From the IMG/VR virus record IMGVR_UViG_3300037067_016568, positions 120,769-184,768 of that record: 64,000 nucleotides of DNA; one strand, 5' to 3'. The stretch comes from a virus. Taxonomy: Duplodnaviria > Caudoviricetes. The notes beneath the pieces were generated by a model. It ran no database searches and had not been told where the DNA came from. It saw nothing but the letters and a program-made list of their open reading frames with translations. The position numbers were made by a program, and so were the translations under genes. Each line of letters starts with the position of its first letter. Position 1 is the first letter of the stretch. Of this stretch, positions 49,433-59,772 are shown piece after piece.

Positions 49433-49702
49433 ATGAAACTCCTCTTTATCAATTTTGACCCCGCCAAAAAACCAGCTCTATTCCTCCTGTTGGACGACGA
49501 CGGCAAACGTCTTGTGCTTCTGAAGCATGAGGCAATGGATAAATCGGAGATACCAATGATAAGGGCTGCGTTGCCTCGCTTATCACGGCTGTCAGTCCGC
49601 GACAAAATGGAATGGTTTCGAAAATTAAGGTCATGGAAAACCGCCTACAGGCAATTTGCCAAGTCAAAAGTCACAATCCTGTCTGAATATACCCCTAAAT
49701 AG
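49433..49702 (+). CDS. hypothetical protein
   Basis: 89-aa ORF divergent from the hub gene. Confidence 0.45.
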   Translation: MKLLFINFDPAKKPALFLLLDDDGKRLVLLKHEAMDKSEIPMIRAALPRLSRLSVRDKMEWFRKLRSWKTAYRQFAKSKVTILSEYTPK

Positions 49703-49775
49703 GTATATTATATTTACCGGCTCTACCAGATTAACGATATAATTCTCTCATGCTATAAAAAGGTAGGAGAGAGAT

Positions 49776-50141
49776 ATGCAATACGAAGAACTTAGAGAGC
49801 AGTTCATCAGACAACAAAAAGACATCGTACAACGTAGCCGTCTGCTAAGCTTGATAGAGGGGGGTACGTTGTCATCTCAAAGAGCAAAAGCGTGCAAGGA
49901 AGAAGTTGCACATCTTATTGAAATCATTAATGCCCGCGACGAATTGTTCAACCATTTAGAAGCGACGAGAAATCCTGTCTGGGTAAAAATGACTGACGAA
50001 CTTGACATAGCCCTGGATGAATATGGCGAGGTTGATACCGATAGTCTACTCAGCATTGGACGAATGGTTCGGAAGTTTTGCAGAGTGATGTCTGCTCTTA
50101 TTATCGGAACATGGGCACTTGACAGCCTGCGAAAACACTAA
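49776..50141 (+). CDS. hypothetical protein
   Basis: 121 aa; AGGAG SD. Confidence 0.6.
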   Translation: MQYEELREQFIRQQKDIVQRSRLLSLIEGGTLSSQRAKACKEEVAHLIEIINARDELFNHLEATRNPVWVKMTDELDIALDEYGEVDTDSLLSIGRMVRKFCRVMSALIIGTWALDSLRKH

Positions 50142-51244
50142 AAATGTCGCAGTAGCTTAGGGCATGCTGCAATCCTAAGCGTCTTCAACTTGTGTTCTAG
50201 ATACAGCCTTTGCTGCACATTGAATGGCTTGACGCTCTTCTCAAAAGCTTCTCGTATCTCGGCTGCTTTAGCCACCTTTACAAGATCGTTCCAATCATTA
50301 CTAAGATCGCCATTAGGCAATTTGACTACTGGCGGCAATGTGTAGTAGATTTTATAATTGAGAGGCTGAAGTAGTGCTGCATTATGCAGCACACTCTCTA
50401 TTCCAGCTTTATCATAGTCGGGCGCAAGAATAATCCCATCTTTTGGCCCAAGCAAGCGTATCTTCTTAACTTGTATATCTGTAAGTGATGCGCCACCTGT
50501 CGCTAAACACTGATCTTCCAGCGTCAAACAATTGAAAATCGACTCAGTAATTATGACATAACTAGCCGGTTCTATCTGGTCGAAGCCGTAAAGAAATTGC
50601 CCTTTAGTTACACCAACACTCTCTGGTGGGAATCGAAAAATCTTGTTGATACGTGATCGGCTCTGCCAGTAGCACAATTCATCGTATTCAAAATATGGCC
50701 ACACCACATTGAGGCCGCAATACATTATTTTATATTTATTGATTTTTCTCTCATCTACCCCCCTACTTTCTAGCCATGACAACAATCCAGATGCCAGTTT
50801 AGATGACTTGCCGAATTCTAGAGTGCCCTCTGGAAGTGCAAGAGATACGTTTTCTTTGCACTCTGGCATCAGACGTGTTTTGTGCCACTTCCAGAGTGCA
50901 CGTGTGCCAGAAGACGTTCCGAGAACGTCTTGGACGGCCTCAGAGAACGAACATCTCCCGTGCTTAAGCGTGAGATATTGCTGAACGAACCGTATAAACG
51001 TTCTGTAATTTAACTTGCCGGTACTTGGATTGTAACCCGCCCAATCGGCATCACCACGCCAATCATGTGCTTTGGCCTTTACGACACTTATGTTGAAATG
51101 ATAGCCAGCATCGCCGTTGAATGGATTATTTATACGTAATTCATCACCGTTCTTTCGCGGTTTGCAGTCTGGAAAGTTTTTATAAACCCAAGCAGTTATC
51201 TTTTCGGGCGGTATTTGGATGTGCATGTGCAGTGAAATACTCAA
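50138..51244 (-). CDS. DNA primase-like TOPRIM protein
   Basis: YWQSR, IITESIFNC, LATGG, APDYDKAG, NDWND. Confidence 0.8.
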   Translation of the reverse strand: MSISLHMHIQIPPEKITAWVYKNFPDCKPRKNGDELRINNPFNGDAGYHFNISVVKAKAHDWRGDADWAGYNPSTGKLNYRTFIRFVQQYLTLKHGRCSFSEAVQDVLGTSSGTRALWKWHKTRLMPECKENVSLALPEGTLEFGKSSKLASGLLSWLESRGVDERKINKYKIMYCGLNVVWPYFEYDELCYWQSRSRINKIFRFPPESVGVTKGQFLYGFDQIEPASYVIITESIFNCLTLEDQCLATGGASLTDIQVKKIRLLGPKDGIILAPDYDKAGIESVLHNAALLQPLNYKIYYTLPPVVKLPNGDLSNDWNDLVKVAKAAEIREAFEKSVKPFNVQQRLYLEHKLKTLRIAACPKLLRHF

Positions 51245-51246
51245 CT

Positions 51247-54201
51247 CTACTGCAAAATAAATGACGTTGCAGCAAACGCATAGGTGGGGGCGCTACCGTT
51301 CCAGACATAACCGCCAATATACCATGTACCAGGAGTAGCACCAGTAGTGTTCCAATTCCAAGTCGCAACTCCATTCACAGCTTGAATCTCTCCAACTGTA
51401 ATCCAATGCTCTTCACCAGACAAATTAGGCTGTGATGCATAGCACAGGCATACAGTATATCCAGGTTGGGCACCGGTAACAATCCAAGAAATCGAAATAT
51501 TCGAACCTACATTGTAAGTTCCAGAGATTGGAGCAGTCATAGCCCACCACAGTACTGGCAACGGCTGCCTTCTAATATCATTCACATTAACGACCTGTGA
51601 ACGCCATACACCAAGTATGCCACCTGATGGAGCAATACCTTGATACCCGTTCCAAGAGCATACCCATTGGCCGCTACTACAACGGCGCGTCATGGCGGGA
51701 TACATTTGGAAATCAATACCGCGATGTGCTAACTGATAATTATTTATGCAATACTCATCAGTCATCGCAGTACCAGCAGCATTATATGTACGGCCCATAA
51801 TGCCGTAATCCCTTGTAATTGGATCGTCTTGGCCTAATGAATGCCAACAAATAGAAAAATTACCATCTCGATCGCAAGCTGGTTCTGACCATCGACGATA
51901 ACCACCACCGGTATACTGACTGACTCTGAAGTCATTACCTTGTGCAGCCCCAGAAGCATTGTAACGACGTGCATAAACGTTGAATCCAGAAGCACCAGCA
52001 GCAGCAAATAATTGATAAGATACAACAGTTAAACCATTCGCGGCAACAGAAACTCTTGGATTCAAGTCCTCATTGAGCATAGAACTTTCGCTAGTATTAA
52101 TCTGAAATTCGCCGCCAACTAAACCACCAGTGCTATTCAGCCGCTGCCCAAATACATCGGGTGCACCAGATTTAACACCCTCCCATACAACGAACACATT
52201 TCCACCACCATCAGACATATCAATATCTGGGTTCATTTTTTGATATGATTGATCTGTGCTGATTAAGAAGTTTGTTGCTCCCACTTTAGCTCCAGAAGCA
52301 TTAAATCTCTGACCATAAACATCATAATGCCCAGGATTTATAGAAACATTGTAATATTGAGTCCAAACGATCATAAAGCCGCCATCTGCTATGCCCTGCT
52401 TGACGGAAATAGCAGGTGTCCGGTAATAGGCATTAGCAAGTGCATTGACTCTAAACTGATCACCTATCGGATTACCAGATGCATCGAATCTGCGTGCTTG
52501 AACGCCTATACCATAATCAACATCAGGACCGCACCATGTTATAATAAACGAGCCATCCCAATTCATGGCAACATCTGGACATATGCTCGTTTTATCGGCA
52601 TAGGATGGAACAATAAACTGCCCTGTCATTGGTGTATTATCAGCATTAAACACCTGCGCCATGACAATTGGATTATATTGATATTGTTCCCGGTCCGAAG
52701 GTGGTTGGCTGTAACGCACCCAGGTAATGACAAAACGGCCATCAAAAGCATCAGCCACTCTCGAATACCAGTCATAGTGGCTAACATCAGCTGATGGCGA
52801 AGGCGACAGTGAAGGTGATCCAGATAATGACAACGATGGTGTTGGCGACAGTGATATAGAAGGTGTAGGAGATAATGATATAGATGGCGATGGCGATATC
52901 GAAATCGAAGGCGATTGCGACACAGACAATGATGGAGAGAGTGAAAGCGATGCTGAAGTTGCTGGTGATGGCGATATGCTAGGAGACGGTGACAAACTCG
53001 TCGATGGCGACAATAAAGACGGCGATGCTGATGGAGATGCCCACGATGAAACAGACGGTGATGGTGAAACTGATGGCGATGGCGATGGTGATAAAGACGC
53101 AGATTGCCACGACGACGGTGACAACGAAGGTGATGGCGACGGGCTGAATGAAGGAGATGGCGGCGGCGGCAATGGGGTTGGCGTAGGTGGCGGCGGAACA
53201 GGGGATGGTGGGAGCTTGCAGTCTTCTATAAAGTCGCCGAAATATGTTAATCTTCTTGGGCATGTCGCAATAGCACTAAACCACATCTGTGTTATAGTCG
53301 TGCCAAAAGCATTCACACCTTTTATCAGCCATAGCCTCTGCGTACCAATAGGATGCCCGTCTACTCTAATTGATCCTGACGGTGCAAAACTGCCATAGTA
53401 ATCTCCGTCACATCCTGCACAACATAAATCGCGACAATATAATTCTGTTGCAATGACATCAGGAGAATCATTAAACCATTCAAGCGTATATGGTAGGTCT
53501 GCACGAATAAATGGTGTCTTGTAGCCAGCTGCACGCAGATATTGATATCCCGGAACCGGAAGAGTAACAGTTAGTTTCTCAATATACGTAGGACTAAACA
53601 CATCCTGATTGCCAAACATCACATCGTAAGTACGATATTCTCCCAAGTTCATCACGCTATCAGATGAACCAAGAACCAATCCTCCACTCCATATCTCACC
53701 ATTCTGCGGCAAGTCAAGACCAAAATACTCTAACTGATGAGTGTGCCAGACTGCATACTGTGTAGTGAAAATTGTGTGGTCAATATCAATGTTTATAGGC
53801 TGTGAAACCCACTGGTTCGTCTCCAGATATGCTATCGTACAAGGATAAATCGTATTAGCGTCGTCCAAAAATGCTGTGTAATGAGAGATATTCGGCCATC
53901 TACAAATCCGCAGTAATGCTAACACTGAATTCATTGTCTCTTCATCATAAGCAAGAGACACATTATCTTGATTCAGGCTCTGATATCGCCTGTCAACTCT
54001 AGTAATAACGCCTTTATTATCAGTCGACAATAAACCAGCGAGAGTAACGTTACCCCACATGTTGACGAAAGGAGTGCCAGGTATTAGACTTGCATTTACA
54101 AATCCAGTCACCATATATCTATTATCAAATGATATAGGAAATTCCTGAACCACTTCTGGTGTTGTCTTCTGAGCGATTTGACTTGTGGCTGCCAATCCCA
54201 T
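51247..54201 (-). CDS. large virion/adhesin-like protein with a Ser/Pro-rich linker and beta-propeller-like repeats
   Basis: Repeats (A/G)(R/Q)R(F/Y/L)xxxGxxxGxxFxxN ... PxVA; Ig-like C-terminal module. Confidence 0.7.
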   Translation of the reverse strand: MGLAATSQIAQKTTPEVVQEFPISFDNRYMVTGFVNASLIPGTPFVNMWGNVTLAGLLSTDNKGVITRVDRRYQSLNQDNVSLAYDEETMNSVLALLRICRWPNISHYTAFLDDANTIYPCTIAYLETNQWVSQPINIDIDHTIFTTQYAVWHTHQLEYFGLDLPQNGEIWSGGLVLGSSDSVMNLGEYRTYDVMFGNQDVFSPTYIEKLTVTLPVPGYQYLRAAGYKTPFIRADLPYTLEWFNDSPDVIATELYCRDLCCAGCDGDYYGSFAPSGSIRVDGHPIGTQRLWLIKGVNAFGTTITQMWFSAIATCPRRLTYFGDFIEDCKLPPSPVPPPPTPTPLPPPPSPSFSPSPSPSLSPSSWQSASLSPSPSPSVSPSPSVSSWASPSASPSLLSPSTSLSPSPSISPSPATSASLSLSPSLSVSQSPSISISPSPSISLSPTPSISLSPTPSLSLSGSPSLSPSPSADVSHYDWYSRVADAFDGRFVITWVRYSQPPSDREQYQYNPIVMAQVFNADNTPMTGQFIVPSYADKTSICPDVAMNWDGSFIITWCGPDVDYGIGVQARRFDASGNPIGDQFRVNALANAYYRTPAISVKQGIADGGFMIVWTQYYNVSINPGHYDVYGQRFNASGAKVGATNFLISTDQSYQKMNPDIDMSDGGGNVFVVWEGVKSGAPDVFGQRLNSTGGLVGGEFQINTSESSMLNEDLNPRVSVAANGLTVVSYQLFAAAGASGFNVYARRYNASGAAQGNDFRVSQYTGGGYRRWSEPACDRDGNFSICWHSLGQDDPITRDYGIMGRTYNAAGTAMTDEYCINNYQLAHRGIDFQMYPAMTRRCSSGQWVCSWNGYQGIAPSGGILGVWRSQVVNVNDIRRQPLPVLWWAMTAPISGTYNVGSNISISWIVTGAQPGYTVCLCYASQPNLSGEEHWITVGEIQAVNGVATWNWNTTGATPGTWYIGGYVWNGSAPTYAFAATSFILQ
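52792..53212 (-). repeat. low-complexity Ser/Pro tandem repeat coding region
   Basis: About 140 aa of SPSPSLSPS-type units; gatggcga-rich DNA. Confidence 0.85.
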
Positions 54202-54202
54202 T

Positions 54203-56980
54203 TTACGCTCCGCCCTGTAATACAGTAAACCAACAAGTGTATGGAGGTGTCGTTTCTACACCATCATTATTTGTTGCTATGATGGTGTAATTATGGACTC
54301 CTGCTGCACGCTTACCTATAGCAACACCAAAATTGACGCCTCCCGTTGTTGTGTCGGCGTGTGGCCCTGTAGATATAGGAATTTTTACGCCATCGAGCCA
54401 TAAAGAGGCTGCATAAACGCCCTTCATATCATAAGCATTAAATGTGATTATCAGATCTTGATTAGAATATAACGTCGTTTGTGAATGGCCAGCAGTATGG
54501 AATATCGCCGAAGTCCTTTCGTCCTCATTATATTGTGTGACTACAACATAGCGGATTGTAGCCGATGGGCTGGCTGTGATCACACAATCAGTTGGGCCTG
54601 TTGCTCCGGTCGCGCCAATAACAGGCATTGCTAATTGACCATTTACAGCTGTGATGTTGATCTTGTAATAACGATATGTTGTCCCGTTACTAAAAGTAAA
54701 ATCAGGAGTCCAATTATTCATTCCAGGAGCAGCAATATTGACTCTTGTATCTAAAACAACCCAAGTATCTCCAGTGTTAGATCCTTGTAATGTGAAATCT
54801 CTTGGGAATCCGTCATTGGTGTTGTAGCTCTGCTCGTTAACAATCTGATCATTTACAACTGTGACACCGTTATAGTTCTGCTGCTGGATAGCATACTTAT
54901 TTATGGCCACAGCTGAGTCAGGGCCAAAATCGTAGGTGATGCGCCATGGTGGGACCGAGTTGGCGCTTATCCATCTATCGGGTTCGCCAAGATTCGTTCC
55001 ATTGAAAGCTTTCCATGCAGAATATGTAGTGTCGCGGTACGAAGAGTAATACTCGCCGCTGGCTATAGCAGCCTTAGGAGTCGGTAAGTCATCGGAAGAC
55101 ATCACTGTCGTGCATGTCGTATTGTTCGAATTATCAGCACCATCGATTGAAGAGCAGACTAGCTTAAGCTCACCTACATTAACCCTATTACCGCCACCTA
55201 TTACTGAAGTAACGTTTAACCTGTAATATCTATATGCCGATCCATTGGTAAAAGTAAAATATTGTGTCCAAGAGTTGGGTCCTGGGGCATGCATGCCATT
55301 TTTAGTATCAAGCACCATCCAATTCACATTGTCATTCGAGCCTTGTAACGTAAAATCGCGTGGAAACCCTACATAATCAAAAGAATTACGCTCCAATAAA
55401 GCGTATTTATTAACAACGACGCTGCTATGGAAATCATATTGCAGATAGTGTGGAAAAGCAGTTGATGCGCTTTCCCACTGATCAGCTTCATCAACATTCG
55501 TTCTATTAAACGCCTTCCAGGCTGGGCATGAATATCCTGGAACCTCCCATGTATACCATTCATCCCAATGCTTGAATGGATCGAATAGGACTGTACCATT
55601 CGGAGCAAACAGCTTATGTTGATAAGTGTGATCTGATTCACCATTGCATAAGCAACGTACTCTCCCATCAGGCTGTGGAATAACCAAAACACACGAATCG
55701 AAAACTGATCCACGAGGACCTTCTTGATCCTCTAGACATATCATGTAAGCACCTGGGATTGTTCTAGGATCGATAAACCCAGCCATGCGTGCTGGATCAT
55801 CGCCGCCAGCTAATGCCCAATTTATTTCATAGTCTCCAGCAATCCAATGATAAAAGTCTGATGTCGTTGGATCTAAAGTAGTAGAGATTTGCAATACACC
55901 ATATCTATAAGATCTAAAAATATATTGCCCTAAATAAGTTGAGTGCAACGATGATGCCTCACTGTCAGCGCTTGCTACGTACGGTGTCGGTGTTGTGTTT
56001 GACGTCATTTTAGCAGTGCAATAACTAGTGCTAGTATTGCTGCTGCCACTTGTTTGCGCACAAACAAATTTAATTTCACCGATAATAACACATGGCGATG
56101 GAAAAGGATCTAGAACAACGACAGGAGGCGTAACAACAGTCGTATCTGTATCAGTCGTATCTGTATCAGTCTCTGTAGTTTGTTCAACATAAACTATAGG
56201 TTCAATAGCCTGTTCTTCTACCACAGGCTGTGCTGGCATCTCACTTGTATCAGTGCCAGGTATTGGTAGACCGGCACCAGGGGCAAGAATACCAGTCGCG
56301 CCAGCTATCTTGTTAAATCTGATAGGCAATATTTCAGCCGCAGCGATTCTCTCTTTTATTAGTCTCAATACGCAAGAATTGTTATCGCACCCTGGTGTGA
56401 ATGGGTGGACAGGCACCATAACCTGTGAATTGACAAATACCAAGCTATCTCTACTAGTAACTGACTCAGAATATTGTGCTGGTGTTAGTTCGTTTGTTGA
56501 TAAATCACGCCTGAAAATTACATAATCAGCCGTTGGAAAAATGTTCTGTTGCGCGGCTACATCTTTAATGGTTGTGACAGTAACTGGGTTAATGAGATCA
56601 CGCTTGATTTTGAAATCGACAATGGGATATGATAACGTAGGTGTAGTGTCGATTAATTTCTTACGTTGTAGGTATGCCAACAATTGGTCAGCGTCTTGGT
56701 TGGTGATTTGTCCGTCGCCATTGACATCTACATATGGTTGATTCTCTGGCTTTTTTCTTGGTAGCACGCCGCTACCATTACTAGCGATATAATTAACAAT
56801 AGTATTATAGTCATTTATATCGACAATACCATCATTTAAAACATCAAAGCGATTCCCAGGATTTTGCCATCTAGAAGCGCCTAATATTACATTGCTTATA
56901 CTGAAACTCGATATCGATGGCGTTATTTGTATTGCCTCGATATATGTTGTTAATCCAATTTGAGTCGAGTCATCAGTCAT
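54203..56980 (-). CDS. virion/adhesin-like protein with a dockerin-type domain and two discoidin (F5/8 type C) domains
   Basis: WQNPGNRFDVLNDGIVDIND...YVDVNGDGQITNQDA; twice AWKAFN...FPRDFTLQGSN..W.VLDT...YRYY. Confidence 0.78.
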   Translation of the reverse strand: MTDDSTQIGLTTYIEAIQITPSISSFSISNVILGASRWQNPGNRFDVLNDGIVDINDYNTIVNYIASNGSGVLPRKKPENQPYVDVNGDGQITNQDADQLLAYLQRKKLIDTTPTLSYPIVDFKIKRDLINPVTVTTIKDVAAQQNIFPTADYVIFRRDLSTNELTPAQYSESVTSRDSLVFVNSQVMVPVHPFTPGCDNNSCVLRLIKERIAAAEILPIRFNKIAGATGILAPGAGLPIPGTDTSEMPAQPVVEEQAIEPIVYVEQTTETDTDTTDTDTTVVTPPVVVLDPFPSPCVIIGEIKFVCAQTSGSSNTSTSYCTAKMTSNTTPTPYVASADSEASSLHSTYLGQYIFRSYRYGVLQISTTLDPTTSDFYHWIAGDYEINWALAGGDDPARMAGFIDPRTIPGAYMICLEDQEGPRGSVFDSCVLVIPQPDGRVRCLCNGESDHTYQHKLFAPNGTVLFDPFKHWDEWYTWEVPGYSCPAWKAFNRTNVDEADQWESASTAFPHYLQYDFHSSVVVNKYALLERNSFDYVGFPRDFTLQGSNDNVNWMVLDTKNGMHAPGPNSWTQYFTFTNGSAYRYYRLNVTSVIGGGNRVNVGELKLVCSSIDGADNSNNTTCTTVMSSDDLPTPKAAIASGEYYSSYRDTTYSAWKAFNGTNLGEPDRWISANSVPPWRITYDFGPDSAVAINKYAIQQQNYNGVTVVNDQIVNEQSYNTNDGFPRDFTLQGSNTGDTWVVLDTRVNIAAPGMNNWTPDFTFSNGTTYRYYKINITAVNGQLAMPVIGATGATGPTDCVITASPSATIRYVVVTQYNEDERTSAIFHTAGHSQTTLYSNQDLIITFNAYDMKGVYAASLWLDGVKIPISTGPHADTTTGGVNFGVAIGKRAAGVHNYTIIATNNDGVETTPPYTCWFTVLQGGA

Positions 56981-56982
56981 AG

Positions 56983-57864
56983 TTACGATATGGTTAAAAT
57001 AAATTTCTTGCTACATCGTGTCGAACCATCTGGCAACGTCACAACGATGCTGTACTGATACGTACCTTTAAGGAACCTGTCAGTATGAACCATATATCTA
57101 AACACATAGGGATTTGAGCGATAAGAGCCTTGTCTTAGGCCAATCTCCATTGGTGCATCAGTTACCAGCACTTCTCGAAATTCGGTCTCAATTGTAATGG
57201 TTGCAGTTAAATATGGCAATATTGGTGCGACCAAATTGAAGTTATAGTCATACAGTGGAAGTGGCATGATACCAATTTCCAAAGGTCTCACTTCCGGTTG
57301 ATTGAACTTCTGATCAAGAGGTTCAAAACCAAGCCGGATAGAAGTTAGAGAGTCGGAAACATCCCAATCGTCAGAATAAACCCAGAATTTGTTACAAGCT
57401 TGCAGCAGCATGCCGGTAACAATAGGATTATCAAAATCAGGATAGATACAGCCACTAGTATCCTCCAAACAGACCGCTTCTGATCCATATTCTTCTTGTA
57501 GGAGGCATGGATTTGTGGGTAAATACGTCCAAACATCAAAATAAACGTCTGGAACTGGGATGTCCGGCGGTACGTCGAGCATGAGCCGATACTCACCAGG
57601 AACTATTACCCCTTCTTGCCCTTCCGTACCACACAAACCAGGTTCTGTGTTGGTTCTGATATATTCAACGGGTGAAGGATAAGTTGGGTCACACGGGTCG
57701 ACCACAACAAAAGTCGAAATGAGATTCGACGGAATGACTTGAGTCTTATAAATTTCTACCTTACGAATGGCGTATGGTGAAGTCGCAATCCCTCCACGCA
57801 TAAATCGCGTGTCTAATTGCACAGTGTTACCGCGACGGGCAGAAATTCGTTGGTATATGGCCAT
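56983..57864 (-). CDS. hypothetical structural protein
   Basis: 293 aa, Cys-rich, in the tail module; GAGGT SD. Confidence 0.6.
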   Translation of the reverse strand: MAIYQRISARRGNTVQLDTRFMRGGIATSPYAIRKVEIYKTQVIPSNLISTFVVVDPCDPTYPSPVEYIRTNTEPGLCGTEGQEGVIVPGEYRLMLDVPPDIPVPDVYFDVWTYLPTNPCLLQEEYGSEAVCLEDTSGCIYPDFDNPIVTGMLLQACNKFWVYSDDWDVSDSLTSIRLGFEPLDQKFNQPEVRPLEIGIMPLPLYDYNFNLVAPILPYLTATITIETEFREVLVTDAPMEIGLRQGSYRSNPYVFRYMVHTDRFLKGTYQYSIVVTLPDGSTRCSKKFILTIS

Positions 57865-57932
57865 AGTGCACCTCAGTTTCAGTATCTTTGCTAAGGCTGA
57901 AACAAAACCAATATACTTTACTAAGAAAATAA

Positions 57933-58115
57933 TTATTGGTGAGGTAGATTAGGCATCGATCCTTGTGCCTTGCGATTACGCTCCTCAGCCACTCTTTCTA
58001 GCTTCTTTGCCCACCAAGCGCGCTCTTCAGCAGTCATACAGTTCTGCTCAAAAAGCGTCAATTCTCCTGTCCCGCCTATTCCACAACGTAGCATGAATTG
58101 CTGCTCCATCAGCAT
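57933..58115 (-). CDS. gp51-like/tail-assembly-chaperone C-terminal ORF (possibly frameshift-fused)
   Basis: MTAEERAWWAKKL...EERN motif; the frame is open upstream to the gp26-like FF codons. Confidence 0.6.
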   Translation of the reverse strand: MLMEQQFMLRCGIGGTGELTLFEQNCMTAEERAWWAKKLERVAEERNRKAQGSMPNLPHQ

Positions 58116-58128
58116 ATTCCACTCTTTT

Positions 58129-59154
58129 TCACATTGCTCGTGGGATCTGTGGACGAAAAAAGGATTCTGTTATTGGAAGCATAGCACGATGAGTCTCGCC
58201 ACAGTTAGAACACTGCATCTCAACCATCGTTTCAATACTTGGAGTGTGCTCTGTCAGCCATTCCCTGATAACAGCAATATCGGTAGAGTGCATCTTGCCG
58301 ACGATACTTCTGATCTTGAATCTGTCGGTGCTGCCCATAATATCGACAATCACAGTTTCAATGTTCTGTGTAACGACATCATCGAGCGTTATTTCTTCTC
58401 GGCCACGATCGATTTGTTGTGCACGATCTCTTGGCCTGATTCTTGCCCTGTTAGAACCACCGATGATATTCTGAGCTTTCTTCGCTCTCTGAATCTGACT
58501 GGCATCTTTCACCCGTAAAAACCTGATACCAGCAGTAACCTCTCGGTCTATGGTCTTAGATAAGTACGGCAACTTGACTCTGAAAGGTTCAGATCCGAGA
58601 CCTTCCTCAGCCCATACTATGGTATTGACCAATTCATTAAGGTCAATAGAATGCGTTGCAGATTGACCACACTGTGGATTCGGGCATGTAGTGGCAAATT
58701 CATACTCATTGCCATGCGTGATACCACGCAAATAATATAACAAATAAATTTGGTCGCCAACCAATAGATCTTGAGTGTTGAATCCATCCGGAAATTTACA
58801 ACACTCTTTGATCATATAATCGATTGATTGCCCAGTTTGAGCTAATCGGGCAGTGGCCAAAATCTTATCGATTTTCGATGACCATGCCTTCACAGATATG
58901 ACGCCCGAAGTCCAGCCGTAATACAGACCTTTACTCGGCAGTGTCGTCTCTTCCCAAGGGATTAATTGCTCTGGTGAAGCTCTAGAAATGATATCAATGA
59001 TGTCGATATCAGATGATCCACCATTAATCAAACTAGCAATCTCTGAAGTTGGCCGGTCTGTCAGAGATTTCGTCTGATGTTGCTCTTGTTTCTGGTTTTT
59101 GACTTCTGTTTCCTCATTAGTCAAAACAACTTCTTCTGTGCGATCATCAAGCAT
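58129..59154 (-). CDS. baseplate hub assembly protein gp26-like
   Basis: TLPSKGLYY, LLVGDQIYLLYYLRGITHGNEY, CPNPQC, CSNCG, PITESFF. Confidence 0.8.
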   Translation of the reverse strand: MLDDRTEEVVLTNEETEVKNQKQEQHQTKSLTDRPTSEIASLINGGSSDIDIIDIISRASPEQLIPWEETTLPSKGLYYGWTSGVISVKAWSSKIDKILATARLAQTGQSIDYMIKECCKFPDGFNTQDLLVGDQIYLLYYLRGITHGNEYEFATTCPNPQCGQSATHSIDLNELVNTIVWAEEGLGSEPFRVKLPYLSKTIDREVTAGIRFLRVKDASQIQRAKKAQNIIGGSNRARIRPRDRAQQIDRGREEITLDDVVTQNIETVIVDIMGSTDRFKIRSIVGKMHSTDIAVIREWLTEHTPSIETMVEMQCSNCGETHRAMLPITESFFRPQIPRAM

Positions 59155-59207
59155 AAATTACCTCTAGTGGCTAGCGTATTTCTGAATTGTATCTACTATA
59201 CAGAACA

Positions 59208-59771
59208 CTATTGTCTAGTGCCAGGAGACTCATCTAAAACGGCCCAATCGTAAGAGATGGTTACTTCGACCACTTTGATGTCCGTATTTGTATATGTTAA
59301 ATCACCCTCTTTAACTACACTCGGCCAGCTACCATGTAATGTCCAAACGGTTTCAGCTTGCCAGTCAAGAGTGTAAGTCGATATTTTAGATTCCTTTTTA
59401 TAATCTGACGGGCTACGTAACCCAGTACTATTCGACCAGACCGTTTCACGCCAAGTCTTAAATATTGTAGATGCCTTAAGTTGGATGCTACCTGGTGAGT
59501 CACCACCAAGAACAACATCATAAAAAGTAACCTTTATATCTTCCCATACTACCATTCCTGCATATTTGTAGGTTAGAGATGAACCATCTACAGTATCCTT
59601 AGTAATGGTAAAAGTTGGCATCGTGGCATCTTTGGCCAGAAGCCTAGTTGTATTGATAGGGTCTTCAAATAAACTATTAATATCCCATGTATAATTGTAA
59701 ACAGGCTTTATTCCAGCTGCCGCTCGGCTGGCAGATCCACCCCCCACATCGTTAACAATAAAGCCTGGCAT
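59208..59771 (-). CDS. tail tube protein paralogue (gp19-like)
   Basis: KYAGMVVWEDIKVTFYD, YKK, LHGSWP, GDLTY, VTISYD. Confidence 0.8.
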   Translation of the reverse strand: MPGFIVNDVGGGSASRAAAGIKPVYNYTWDINSLFEDPINTTRLLAKDATMPTFTITKDTVDGSSLTYKYAGMVVWEDIKVTFYDVVLGGDSPGSIQLKASTIFKTWRETVWSNSTGLRSPSDYKKESKISTYTLDWQAETVWTLHGSWPSVVKEGDLTYTNTDIKVVEVTISYDWAVLDESPGTRQ

Positions 59772-59772
59772 A

